A stretch of DNA of 64,000 bases from positions 43,896,001-43,960,000 of the forward strand of contig OX597834.1 of NCBI GenBank assembly GCA_951406725.2. Direction: 5' to 3'. Both the position numbers and the translations under genes were made by a program. Positions 14,560-27,577 of the stretch are shown here, in pieces (the stretch's first letter is position 1; every line of letters begins with the position of its first letter). Below the pieces are notes generated by a model. It did no database searches. It saw only the letters and a list, made by a program, of their open reading frames with translations, and was not told where the DNA came from. The stretch is from Octopus vulgaris (Eukaryota).

Positions 14560-14564
<5 letters not shown>

Positions 14565-14748
14565 TTATTTATTTAACTTGCTTTGCGGGAAGAACTGCTT
14601 CAAAGAAGTCGCATCTTGTCCTTACCTTCGTAACATGGAGTAGACGAAACGGGGACAACTGAAGAAGGGGAATATTCTTTATGCTCCATGTCTCGTTTCT
14701 GTTTGTTTCGTTGTTCGAGAAAAAGTTCGTTTCTATGTTTTTGCTTTT
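14560..14748 (+). mobile_element. Short repeat between (TA)n and (GATA)n with permuted hammerhead-like half motifs
   Basis: Homologous to 34536-34760 (ttgc..cgggaag...gagtaga...actgaagaaggggaat). Confidence 0.5.
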
Positions 14749-14759
14749 ATGATAGATAA

Positions 14760-14826
<67 letters not shown>

Positions 14827-15299
14827 TGTACATACATATATACATACACATGAGCGTGCGCCTACGCACACACACACGCACGCACATACACACACATATA
14901 CACATATATACATTTACAATTGGAGATAGAGCGAGCGAGTGAGTGAAAGAGAGAGAGAGAGGGAAATGAGCAATGTTCATTAAGAATCTTCATTCATGTG
15001 ATCTCAAAAATTAAAACAATTTATTAAATAGCTCTTAAATTCTGATAAATTTACTCGTTTTTTAGAACTCAGTTCAATCAAGTAAGATTTTCGCTTCCGG
15101 CTGACCTCAGATTGTTCGTTCGCGAAATTTACAAGTACGAAATAATTGTCTTTCGAGTAGATGCTAGTGAGAGCTTTGCTGCAAGCTAGCAATGCCACGA
15201 TTACACGCAATTAGCATCTGAACCTAGCTCTAGATTTGAGAACGAGGCGGAAGCAAACAGAGTACAAGCAACAAGTTCAACCATTTCTTAGTGCTTACA

Positions 15300-15940
15300 C
15301 TATATAGGCTTGAAATTTTAGCACAAGGCCAGCAATTTCAGGGGTTGGGTAAGCCGATTACATTGACCCTAGTGTTCAACTGGTCCTTTTTTATTTTTTG
15401 TCGACTGCGGAATGATAAAAGGCAAAGTCGACTTAGGCAGCATTTGAACTCAGAACGCAAAGTTGAAAGGAATGCCGCTAATCATTTTTCCCGGCCTGCT
15501 AACGATTCTTTTCTATTCTAGGAAGTAGGGGAGGGGACCAGTCGATTAGATCGACCCCACTATGCAACTGGTACTTAATTTATCGATCCTGAAAGGATGA
15601 AAAGCAAAGTCGACCTCGGCGGAATTTGAACTCAGAAGAAAAAGACAGACAAAATATCGTGTGGCATTTCGCCCTGCGTCCTAACGTTTCTGCCAGCTCT
15701 CCGCTTTACCTTTATTATGTATATATTGGTTTCAAATTTTGGCACAAGGCCAGCAATTGTGGAAAGGGGCTAAGTCAACTACAATGACCCCAGTGTTCAA
15801 CTGGTACCTATTTTCTCGACACAGGAAGGATGAAAGGCAAAGTCGACCCTGGCGGAATTTGAACTGAGAACGCAAAACCGGACAAAATGCTATAAGTCTT
15901 TTTGTTCAGCGTCTGACTATTCTGCTTGTTCGCCGCTGTA
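15300..15940 (-). mobile_element. Three SINE family A copies in series
   Basis: Three repeats of gcaaagtcgac...atttgaact.agaa. Confidence 0.85.
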
Positions 15941-17259
15941 CATAATCAACATATACTGATGCCAATTTAACGGTCTCTAACAACGTAGTGTAGATAGTTT
16001 ACACACACACACATACATACACACTCATGCATACACACGCATACATACATACATACACATACACATACACACATACATACACATGCATACATACAAACAC
16101 TCAAACACGCACATACATACAAACACACACATACATACACACAGACACACACATAAATAAAAACATACATACATACATACATACATACATACATACATGC
16201 ACAAGACATGAAGTAATATATATCTAATCATTATAATCTCATGACTCGCACCGCCGCTACTCAGAGTTTGTTCCTATGTGCCTTTCCTTTTTGCAACCTG
16301 AAGGAAAAACGCATATTGAGATACTCCGAGTTGCAACAGTATGAATCATCACTTTCGGACGAATAGATAAATTCTGCATGTATTTCAGTACGTTGTTCTC
16401 GTTTGTACATTGAAAACAGTGTATGTACGTATGTATGTATGTACGTATGTACGTACGTATGTATGTATGTATGTATGTATGTATGTATGTATGTATGTAT
16501 GTATGTATGTATGTATGTATATGTGCTTGCGTATGTATGTGCATATATGAGTGTGTGTGTGTGTATGTGTGTGTGTGTGTGCGTGTGTGTGTGCGTAATT
16601 GTTTTTATTTAAGTTTAATTATGAAGGGGGTTAGAACAGTGTCTTGAGAATTAATTACCGCGGTAAACGTCTGATTTTTATTCCCTCAATAAAATTGCTT
16701 TTGAAAGCCCCCCCCTCCTCATCCCCCCCACTCCACTCCCGACCCCGATCTCTCTTCCTCTCTCTTTACCCCGTTTCCCTCCATTTCTCTTTTCCTTCTC
16801 TTTCTCCTCTCTTTCTCGTTCTTTTGTTTTTGTATCTATCTTGTTGATGTTGTTGTTGTTGTTATCGTTGCTGTTGCTTTTCTTTCTATTATCTCTTTCC
16901 TTCACATATTTGCCGTAAGAGACAAAGTTAATTATATATCTCAGGGTGTGGTGGTGGTGGTGGTTGAGGGGGGGGAAGAGATGTTGCTTCCTTCGCAATT
17001 AATTACAATTTTGAATAGAAAGACGTTGGGAAGGTGAGCATATATAAGTGTGTGTGTGAATGTGTGTAAGTGTGTGTGTGTGTGTGTGTATGTATGAATG
17101 TATGTGTGTATGTGTATGCATGTATGCATGTGTGTAGTATTGTGTGAGAGTGAATGAATGTACGAATGTATATGTATGTGTGTGTGTGTGTGTGTGTGTG
17201 TAAGAAAGGACTAAGAGGATTAGAAAGATTAAAAAAAGAAAGAAAGAAAGAAAGAAGGA

Positions 17260-17314
<55 letters not shown>

Positions 17315-17892
17315 TAAAAATGAAAGAAAGAAAGAAAGAAAGAATCGGTTCGAAATCGAAATTCTGCCTCTGATTTGACATATCGATTAAAAAATAAAAA
17401 TAAAAACAAAAACAAAATAATGTTAATAATTGTTTCTAGATTAGGTCGATTTGGAGGAGGAGTTGTTCGATTCCAAGCCCCTCAGTATATGGCTGGTATT
17501 TTATTTATATTGATCGCGGTGGGATTTTTAAGTAAATGAAGGTTTCTTTTATTGGCCACAAGGTTGGTTTCTATAGATTCACAACACTAAGATGGCGAAT
17601 TAGAAAAGAAAAGCACATGCAAAAGTTTATCGTAGGTAGACGTAGCTCAACGAAGTCCCAAAAGCTTAAGGAAACAAGACGTTTTCAAACAGTAAGGGAA
17701 TTCAATGAAATATTTATTGTTGCTTCCGGTATATTATTGGTCGGACGGGAGGAAATTTTGTATGCTGGAAAATCACCAATTAACAAAACAGCATTTACGA
17801 AAAATTCACAAGAAAGAAACAACAAAAGACGAAGACAGGTGGATTAGACAACAAACAGTTGTATTAGTATAACGCTCGGGAAGTGAAAAAGT

Positions 17893-17928
17893 CTTTAACG
17901 TTTCGAGCCTACGCTCTTCCACAGAAAG
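17893..17928 (-). ncRNA. Minimal type I hammerhead motif, H1 family (A6U variant)
   Basis: Minus: CUUU CUGUGGA A GAGC-GUAG-GCUC GAAAC GUU AAAG; inside element about 17795-17974. Confidence 0.6.
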
Positions 17929-18154
17929 GAACACAGAAAGAAACGAGGAGAGAAAATAAAGAATGTGTTGTAGCTCGGAGGGTAACTTTGTAGGTGCAAT
18001 CCCATGGTCATTCATGACCGAAAGGGGCCGCGGCAATATATATATATATATATATAAACGGGAAGCTTTATGAAAATAAACAAAAGACGAAGGCAGGTGG
18101 AGTAGAAACAAACAATTGTATTAGTATGGCGCTCAGGAATATAAACAAAACAAG

Positions 18155-18192
18155 TCTTTTACGTTTCGAGCCTACGCTCTTCAACAGAAAGA
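18155..18192 (-). ncRNA. Minimal type I hammerhead motif, H1 family (A6U variant)
   Basis: Minus: UCUUU CUGUUGA A GAGC-GUAG-GCUC GAAAC GUA AAAGA; inside element 18058-18264. Confidence 0.65.
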
Positions 18193-18279
18193 TACACAGA
18201 AAAGAAACACGGAGAGAAACAAGGAGAGAGAAAAAATGCGTGCAGAAGCTAGCGATTCAACATGACCGAAGGGGGTCGC

Positions 18280-18321
<42 letters not shown>

Positions 18322-18326
<5 letters not shown>

Positions 18327-18421
18327 TAATCCAGACGGGAAAACAGAAAAAACAACAACACGTGGAACAATTACAGTATTATTATTATTAGGCGCTCAGG
18401 AAAATGGAAGAAGGAGGGTAT
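18322..18421 (-). mobile_element. Truncated H2 element lacking the ribozyme core
   Basis: Matches reverse complement of 35495-35590 and resembles 58871-58969; bounded by (TA)n on both sides. Confidence 0.75.
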
Positions 18422-18440
18422 ATATATATATATATATATC

Positions 18441-18749
18441 GCTGCGGCCCCCTTCGATCATGAATGACCATGGGATTGCAGCACCTACAAAGTTACCCTC
18501 TGAAGCACAAGTCCGGGCAAGTTTGTTTATGGAATACCAGCAGTCGCCCATGCATACCAACCTCCCCTCTCCATGCCACCGATGTTATCCAAGGGAAAGG
18601 CAAAGGGGCCGATACAGCTTGGCACCAGTGAACTGAAGCAAGGTGAAATAAAGTGTCTTGCTCAAGAACACAACACGCAGCCCGGTCCGCGTAACGACCC
18701 ACAACGTCACGATCGTACGCTCGACGCTCTAACCACTGAGCCATGCGCC

Positions 18750-18753
<4 letters not shown>
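18441..18753 (-). mobile_element. SINE family C
   Basis: Homologous to 6325-6642. Confidence 0.9.
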
Positions 18754-18790
<37 letters not shown>

Positions 18791-18807
18791 ACACAGATAT
18801 ATTTATA

Positions 18808-19067
18808 TATATTGTTGCTATTAAGTTAAACTGTCGTATGTTCAAATTTGGTCAAATGCGTTTTTTTTTCCAATATTTATTTTGACTGGCAATGGCCGGT
18901 TCTTTTGGTCAAACTATCGTATCTCCAGTTGCTTCAGATGCCAAGATATCAAAAATTGGCAAAGTGTAATATAACGGTGTTGCTATGGAATAGTGAAGAT
19001 ACTTTTTCGTTTACGGAAAACGCAACGTTTCGGACTTACGACACTTTTGCATAATAGCAACAATATA
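18808..19067. mobile_element. MITE with ~35-bp imperfect terminal inverted repeats (Tc1/mariner-like, TA ends)
   Basis: Left tatattgttgctattaagttaaactgtcgtatgttc; right end reverse-complemented tatattgttgctattatgcaaaagtgtcgtaagtcc. Confidence 0.7.
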
Positions 19068-19074
19068 AGGGTAA

Positions 19075-19408
19075 AGACACCCTTCGGTCATGAATGACCA
19101 TGGGATTGCACCTAGAAAGTTACCCTCCTAGACACAAGTCCGGGCAAGGTTGTTTATGGAAGGCCAGCAGTCGCCCATGCATACCAGCCTCCCCTCTCCA
19201 CGCCACTAGTGTTATTCAAGGGAAAGACAAAGGTCGATACAGCTTGGCACCAGTGACGTCGCAACTCATTTCTACAGCTGAGTGAACTGGAGCAACGTGA
19301 AATAAAGTGCTTTGCTCAAGAACACAAAACGCAGCCCGGTCCGGGATTCGAGCTCACAACCTCACGATCGTAAGCCCGACGCTCTAACCACTGAGCCATG
19401 CGCCTTCA
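19075..19408 (-). mobile_element. SINE family C, near full length
   Basis: A/B box head at 19340-19408; tail ccttcggtcatgaatgaccatggg. Confidence 0.9.
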
Positions 19409-19417
19409 CACTATATG

Positions 19418-19558
<141 letters not shown>

Positions 19559-19679
19559 TATATATATATATGTATGTCGGTATATCGATATAGTAGGCGT
19601 CCATATTGAATTCTTGTGAGGGGCAGAGTCCTCTTCCAATAATATGATTTCGAGCTCTCTTTCATTCTTTTGTTGTCTT

Positions 19680-19997
19680 AGTGGCTGTGTGGTAAGTATC
19701 AGCCACATGGTTCCAGGTTCAGTCCCACTGCGTGGCACCTTGGGCAAGTGTCTTCTACTATAGCGTCAGGCCGATCAAAGCCTTGTGTGTGGATTTGGTA
19801 GACGGAAACTGAAAGAAGCTCGTCGTATATATGTTCATATATATATATATATATATATATATAGGTGTGTGTGTGTGTGTGTGCGCGTGTTTTTGTGCCT
19901 GTCTTTGTGCCATCCCAATATTGCTTGACTAAAGGCGGTGCTCCAGCATGGCCGCTGTCAAATGACTGAAACAAGTAAAAGAGTAAAAGAGTAAAGA
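19680..19997 (+). mobile_element. SINE family B
   Basis: gtggctgtgtggtaag...accttgggcaagtgtc...aaatgactgaaacaag. Confidence 0.85.
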
Positions 19998-20026
19998 GTG
20001 TACATACAAACATATATATATACCTG

Positions 20027-20085
<59 letters not shown>

Positions 20086-20146
20086 CCATGTTGAATCGCT
20101 AGCTTCTACACGCATTTTTTTTCTCTCCTTGTTTCTTTTCTGTGTA

Positions 20147-20184
20147 TCTTTCTGTTGAAGAGCGTAGGCTCGAAACGTAAAAGA
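20147..20184 (+). ncRNA. Minimal type I hammerhead motif, H1 family (A6U variant)
   Basis: TCTTT CTGTTGA A GAGC-GTAG-GCTC GAAAC GTA AAAGA; element 20084-20282 bounded by (TA)n. Confidence 0.65.
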
Positions 20185-20939
20185 CTTGTTTTATTTCTAT
20201 TCCTGAGCGCCATACTAATACAATTGTTTGTTTGTACTCCACCTGCCTTCGTCTTTTGTTTATTTTCATAAAGCTTCCCGTTATATATATATATATGCAT
20301 ATATGGGCACAGGACGTCACAAAACGTAAACAACATGAAATACGAAGATAAGCTTGGGTATGCAAACAACGGGAGAAACATATGGAAAACAAGTAACATA
20401 CAGAACGACCCTTCACCACTTGTCCCCTCCCCAGCCACTCCTCATTTCGAGCATTTCACACACGCGCGCGCGCGCATATAGGCGATTGCTTACTTCTAAG
20501 TTTTTGCATTAAAACTAACTTCTGACAGCGGAGATGATAGCTTTAATGGTGATAACCGGAAGTAAACATTCGCTATTAAAATTAAATATTATTTCTACTG
20601 TAAGAACAGCGTTGGTGTCCCTCATACAGGGCGTGTTTAGTGCACCGACAGCAAAAATCCCATTAAACAGGTATTTATATATATATATATATATATGCAA
20701 AATGCATACGTAAACACATACACACAAACACATACATGTGTAAATATATACACATGATTATATACGTACGCGTATATATCTCAACATGCGCAAACCTACA
20801 GACACATTCACACAAAGTCATATACCCACGTGCACGTGAACACACACACACACACACACTCTTTTATTTATGAATACATTTGTCAGAATCCAGTCTTAAT
20901 GAAAATATTGTGGTTCAGTTTATTGGTGCGTGTTGTCAG

Positions 20940-21028
<89 letters not shown>

Positions 21029-21357
21029 TTCGACCTATCTATCTATCCATCTGTATGTATGGGTATATATATATATATATACATATATACACTCATATAT
21101 ATATATATATATATGTATATATGCGTGTTTATGTGTGTTTATGCATGCTTATTTATACATACATGCATATATACATATATACACACACACATATACATCC
21201 GTATACATATATTGTACATATATATACCGATATGAATACACGTATTACACAACTACACAAAAGTAAGCACAGTTATGCATTTGTATGCGCAGATCACATA
21301 CAGTTGTATATATCTTTATAGATATCACCCAGTTTATGATCAACATGCATCTGTGTG

Positions 21358-21448
<91 letters not shown>

Positions 21449-21449
21449 T

Positions 21450-21523
<74 letters not shown>

Positions 21524-21920
21524 GCGGTGGAATAGCGAGCTGGCTTTAACATCCAACTTTTCTTCTCAATGATGTTGAGATGAGAAATTGCTTAAAAGCC
21601 TTCTTGTTTACGTGCGGCATTCGTCGGTCGTCTGTTGCTAAGTTACTTCTCACTGGCAAGAAATTTCCAATTAACGTTCACTATGGAATCTATTTGTATT
21701 CCATTTAAAAATGCTGTCTTTGATGGAATCCACACGTCTCCCGTGTGTATGTGTACGAAAGAGGAAAACGGAGAGAGTCTGTTTGGATGTCTCTGTGTGT
21801 AAGTGTAAAAGTAATACGTGAGCCTCTCTAGACAACTACACTGCAGAGTGGATGGATTTATGAATACACAAACACACACACACATCGATGTGCCAATACA
21901 CAATCACCTCTATCCTTCCC

Positions 21921-21960
<40 letters not shown>

Positions 21961-22091
21961 GTGTGATTAACGTCCGTTTCCTTTCTGCTGATTTCTTGTG
22001 TTGGAAATGTGGATGCCAGTACCAAACATCATCAATTCTAAGTGTTTAAATTGATGTATCCAAACATATTGTTCGTAAAGACTGAAGCGTT

Positions 22092-22253
<162 letters not shown>

Positions 22254-22326
22254 GTCTGTCTGTCTGTCTGTCTATCTATATATATATTTGTCTATCTATC
22301 TATCTAGCTAGCAAGCTATCTTTCTT

Positions 22327-22359
<33 letters not shown>

Positions 22360-22360
22360 G

Positions 22361-22393
<33 letters not shown>

Positions 22394-22984
22394 CTATCTA
22401 CGTTTCTGCCTGTCTTTCTGTCTGTCTATCATTCTATCTACCAATCCACCTCTTTAACCACCAGACAGTCCGTTTGTCCGTCCGCCTGTCCGTCCGCCTG
22501 TCCGTCCTATCTATCTGTCTATTTATCTATCTATCTTCTGTCTGTCAGTCTCTCTATCACTTTCCTCTCTCTCCCCCTCTCTCTATCTCTCTCTCTATCT
22601 ATCTATCTATCTATCTACCTATCTACCTGTATATCTGTCTAAATATCTATCTATTTATCTAAGCATACTGACTTCAGCCCGTCGGATGTTTTTTCCTGGA
22701 TCACAGAGGACGAAAGTTTAGAAAACAACATCCATGTCCAACATCCCTGTCAATACCCATAACGAATATGCATTTTGAAATCCATATCGATTCAAGAATC
22801 AGAATAAATAGAAAGAACTATCGAAAGCCGTAAAGCCCCAATCCTGTTGAAATATTTTGCAGGTCCAAATAATGAAAAAAAGTTTACTGAAAAAGAAAAC
22901 CGTCCCCGAATAACGAAACATCAAAACAACAAAACTCCACTCATATCCTACAATATACATGCAACATCTCTTGCAGGCAATTGT

Positions 22985-23032
22985 CCAGCACTGAGGAAGG
23001 GTAAGACCCTGAAACCAGTTCTGGTCTACCGG
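22985..23032 (+). ncRNA. Type I hammerhead motif with canonical core (H5)
   Basis: ccagca CTGAGGA AGGG-taaga-CCCT GAA ACCAG-tt-CTGGT C taccgg; GUC site; stem I has two mismatches. Confidence 0.65.
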
Positions 23033-23204
23033 TCTTGCCACGCCGGAGGGGAGTGGTTTGCTCCCTTGCTCTCAATGTATCAGACACAGGTTGTGTGTCG
23101 GTAACCAGCTAGAAAGGACGTTTTGCTGGGGTTGAAATGTAGTCTCATAGTTCTGTATGGAACAACCACGCTGATGCGGCAGCAAACATTTCTTTTTAGT
23201 ATTG

Positions 23205-23430
23205 CTACTCTTTTACTTGTTTCAGTCATTTGACTGCGGCCATGCTGGAGCACCGCCTTTGGTCGAGCAAATCGAACCCCAGGACTTATTTTTTGTAAGC
23301 CTAGTACTTATTCTATCGGTCTTTTTTTACCGAATTGCTAAGTTACGGAAACATAAACACACCAGCATCGGTTGTCAAGCAATGTTGGGAGGACAAACAC
23401 AGACACACAAACACACACACACACACACAT

Positions 23431-23493
<63 letters not shown>

Positions 23494-23660
23494 TATATAC
23501 ATATACATATACATATATACGACGGGGTTCTTTCAGTTTCGGTCTACCAAATCCACTCACAAAGGCTTTGGTCGGCCCGAGGCTATAGTAGAAGGCACTT
23601 GACCAAGTCGGAACCATGTGGTTGATAAGCAAGTTACTTACCACACAGCCACTCCTGCGC
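23205..23660 (-). mobile_element. SINE family B with internal microsatellite
   Basis: Homologous to 39470-39870. Confidence 0.9.
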
Positions 23661-24200
23661 CTACTATTTACATCACTTACAGAGATTCTAGAGCTAGCTA
23701 CTTTCCTGACGATAAATGACGCCATGAACAGGAAGTTACACCCAGATGTTCAGAGAGGTTGCTTCTGCGAGAAAACACACAGATGCGTGTATATATTATT
23801 TTGAAATCAAATTCAAATTTTCTTATTAAACAGACAATACAACTCATTTCACACACAACAAAAGACGTGCCGTGGATAATTAGAATAATATTTTTTATTA
23901 ATATTTTTCTGACTTGTTATAACAGTAATCAAAGAAAAAAAAGTGGATTAAAGTATTACCTAATAAAAAGAAAGAAGATAAACATTAACGGCGAAACTAT
24001 AATTTGTAATGTCACTGTAAGATAATCCGGTAACTGAAGAAACATTTAATTCCATTTTTGCATTGAGATACTTCTCTTCAGAATGATTTTATCTTCGTGA
24101 TCTTTAATCATTTGGCTATCAATTATCCTACTATGGATGTAAAATCTCTGTAGGCGTTCAGTGCTGCCATCTATAAAGATATTCACATTTATAAACATAA

Positions 24201-24798
24201 GACGGCGAGCTGGCGGAATGTTAGCACGCCGGACGAAATGCATAGCGGTATTTCGTCTGGCGTTACGTTCTGAGTTCAAAATTCCGCCGAGGTCGACTTT
24301 GCCTTTCATCCTTTCGGGGTCGATAAATTAAGTACCAGTTATGCACTTGGGTCGATGTAATCGACTTAATCCGTTTGTCTGTCCTTGTTTGTCCTCTCTG
24401 TGTTTAGCCCCTTGTGGGTGGTAAAGAAATAGGTATTTCGTCTGGCGTTACGTTCTGAGTTCAAATTCCTCCGAGGTCGACTTTGCCTTTCATCCTTTCG
24501 GGGTCGATAAATTAAGTACCAGTTACGCACTGAGGTCGATGTAATCGACTTAATCCCTTTGTCTGTCCATGTTTGTCCCCTCTATGTTTAGCCCCTTGTG
24601 GGTAATAAAGAAATAGGTATTTCGTCTGGCGTTACGTTCTGAGTTCAAAATTCCGCCGAGGTCGACTTTGCCTTTCATCCTTTCGGGGTCGATAAATTAA
24701 GTACCAGTTATGCACTTGGGTCGATGTAATCGACTTAATCCGTTTGTCTGCCCTTCTTTGTCATCTCTGTGTTTAGCCCCTTGTGGGTGGTAAAGAAA
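24201..24798 (+). mobile_element. SINE family A head followed by three tandem ~185-bp body units
   Basis: ggtatttcgtctggcgttacg recurs at 24247, 24432 and 24616. Confidence 0.9.
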
Positions 24799-24901
24799 TT
24801 GATACTCTGCGTTCCTTTTTGTTTGTTTGTGCGCATGCGTGGGGGTTTGTGTGACAAGTGGTTCAGTGTGGAACAAGTAAAAGAATATATATACATATAT
24901 A

Positions 24902-24982
<81 letters not shown>

Positions 24983-25534
24983 GACACATTTCTTTCAGTT
25001 TCCGTCTACCAAATCCACTCACAAGTCTCTGTGCCCCGGAGTGGGATTGAACAGGGAACCACGTGGTTGAGAAGCAAAGTCCTTACCACACAGCCAAGCC
25101 TGTTATGTACTGCATAGAGCGGTGGTGGTGATGGTTGTGGTGGTGGTTTTTGTTACGATGTTGGTGGTGGTGATGCTAGTAGCAGTAGTAGGTGGTGGTG
25201 GTAGTGGTGGTGGTGGTAGTTGTAGTAGTAGTAGTGGTGGTGGTGGTGGTGTTAGTAGTAGCAGCAGTAGTAGTAGTAGTAGAATTATTGGTAGTGGTGG
25301 TGGTGGTGTTTGTAGTAGTAGTAGTAGTAGTAGTAGTAGGAAAGAGAGGGCGGTAAAGAGTGAGAGGGTGGGGTGGGGAAGGTGGGTGTGGAAAATTGAT
25401 CATTGATGTATATTGCCTGAAAAACTAGAAATCTGAGAACGAGGCTAAAAACTTCACTCGGGGTGGAATTATGAGTGACTGAATAATTACAAATCAAACA
25501 TGTTTTGGTGAAATTTGTAATTAGAGAGGGATCA

Positions 25535-25590
25535 ACTTCCGCTGGTCCACTTCCGCTCTTTCAATCAATGACCAGCCACTCACTTCCGGT
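25535..25590. promoter_or_regulatory. Cluster of three ETS-type motifs (ACTTCCG)
   Basis: ACTTCCG at 25535, 25549 and 25582 (last is ACTTCCGGT) in unique sequence. Confidence 0.3.
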
Positions 25591-25886
25591 TAATAATACA
25601 TTTGAGAGACGAATGAATTAGTATTTATATCGGATTTTCGTACAGCTGCTGCTGCTGCTGCTGTTGTTGTTGTTGTTGCTTTGTTGTTTTTGTTGTTTTT
25701 GTTGTTGTAGTTGTTGTTGTATGTTTGTATGTGTGTGTGTGTGTGTTTACATTCGTAGTGTATTTTGTGATTACGTGTTGGTGTTCTTTGTACTTTGTGT
25801 GTGTGTATGATTTAAAATGAGTAATTATGCGGAAACTGGTTACTGCATGGCTTTATAGGCATACATGCATACGTAGATAGATAGAT

Positions 25887-25931
<45 letters not shown>

Positions 25932-25937
25932 CATACA

Positions 25938-25971
<34 letters not shown>

Positions 25972-26290
25972 CATACATAAAAGCATGCATATGTCTGTGT
26001 ACATATGTATATATACATACAAATATATGTATAATATATATATATTGATCAAAATAAAATAAAAACATGATGCGAAGGATTCAGCGGTACATATGTTTCG
26101 GGCCTTTATTAGACAGATTTATAACAATGCATAATGTATGTCTGTGGCCTTCTTCAGCCGCGCACAACAGGTTCCACAAGGACATGTGTTACATCAAAAA
26201 TTCTTGGTTGGGGATGCAAATCCTCTCATTCACGTACGACATAATGCGGCAGCAGCATAGAATTGAAGCGTCCATCTCTTTCTTCTCTCA

Positions 26291-26340
<50 letters not shown>

Positions 26341-26640
26341 CATGTATAATATATATATAATATATATCATATACATATATATATATGTATATATATGTCT
26401 GTGTATATGTACGTAAGTAAGCATACATACATATATATATATGTGCGTGTGCATGTGTTTGTGTACGTATGTATGTATATATACATACATACATAATATA
26501 TGTGTGCTTGTGTGAATGTATATGTGTGTGTGCGTATGTATATATACATACGCACACACCCATACACACTCACACACATATATATATTATGTATATATGT
26601 ATATATACATGCATACGTGCACACACAAACACACACATTA

Positions 26641-27230
26641 GGCCATAAATATCACTCCATCTTTAATAGATTCTGCCTTAGATTATCGTTCTCAACCACG
26701 CCCAATCTAGGATCTATAATTGCACCCAATAATGGATTTAAACTTAAAATAATAGTATTGATAGAGATGATAAAATATAGCTGACCTCAGTGATAATCTT
26801 GATATTAAAAAATATAAAGGCGAAACATAGAGGCAAAACATGTAATTGCCGTAACAGTTATGTCCTTTAAAGAGATTCTGTTTAAGGAGAAATGTGGTAT
26901 ATAAAGTTGAGGTTTCAATCCCTAGAGAATCAAAAAGATATGCATAGGAAGAACGACTGACTTTAAGACTAGATGTAGGGTATAATAAATTCATTTATTA
27001 ATAAAGAAACAAAAAATTCAACTGCACTAGCTACCCACATTGATAAATTTAAAATGCGCAGTAAAGAATTCAGTCTAGATTGGTCTATAATAACCGAAAC
27101 CACATCATGCAATACGCACACACCAGAAACTGTAAATTATGCACAAAAGAAGCGATCTATATACTCCGCGCTAACAAAAAAGTTTTCCTTAACAAGATCT
27201 TGGATGTCTTTATTCTTTCTAGACGTAAAT
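26641..27230 (+). mobile_element. Decayed Penelope-like element (Neptune-type) C-terminal GIY-YIG endonuclease region
   Basis: Frameshifted translation: GHKYHSIFNR.LRLSFSTTPNLGSIIA, KTCNCRN, LCPLKRFCLRRNVVYKVEV, NSTALATHI, LDWSII, NCKLCTKEAIYI, FLNK; matches PLE CxC-CPL-C linker and endonuclease motifs. Confidence 0.8.
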
Positions 27231-27493
27231 ATTTATAAACTTGTAAATATTTTTTCAAAAAATAATTAGTTTACATGAATTTAACTTAGTTAACCTTTAT
27301 ATATTTGGATTCATCTTAAAACACTAATATCTATAGCTTCATAATCTATTTAAACATGTAATTTTAGCTCTTATTATATCATCCGCATGATGAGTATGTT
27401 CCGCCACAGCATTAGATTTTTAAATTTTTTAATTTCTCATCTTACTTAAAACTTTAAGATTTAAATAACTCTTTTATAAATCCTTTAGATTAA

Positions 27494-27577
27494 CTCTGAT
27501 GACAGAAATACAGATGATCGTTATGGTTGGAATTAACTCACCCATACCAACTTATATCTTCTCGAAACAGCTGTCAG
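27494..27577 (+). ncRNA. Hammerhead motif in the putative pLTR of the Penelope-like remnant
   Basis: ct CTGATGA cAGAA...(long stem II)...TTCTc GAA ACAGCTGT C ag; palindromic stem III; GUC site; first stem II pair mismatched. Confidence 0.6.

Noticed and set aside
19340-19408. tRNA genes at SINE heads (also 6580, 12812, 49139, 52290)
   Set aside because: A/B boxes continue into shared SINE bodies and lack complete acceptor stems
22665-22720. Mariner-like DFSPSDVFSW motif
   Set aside because: Too short, with no flanking transposase motifs
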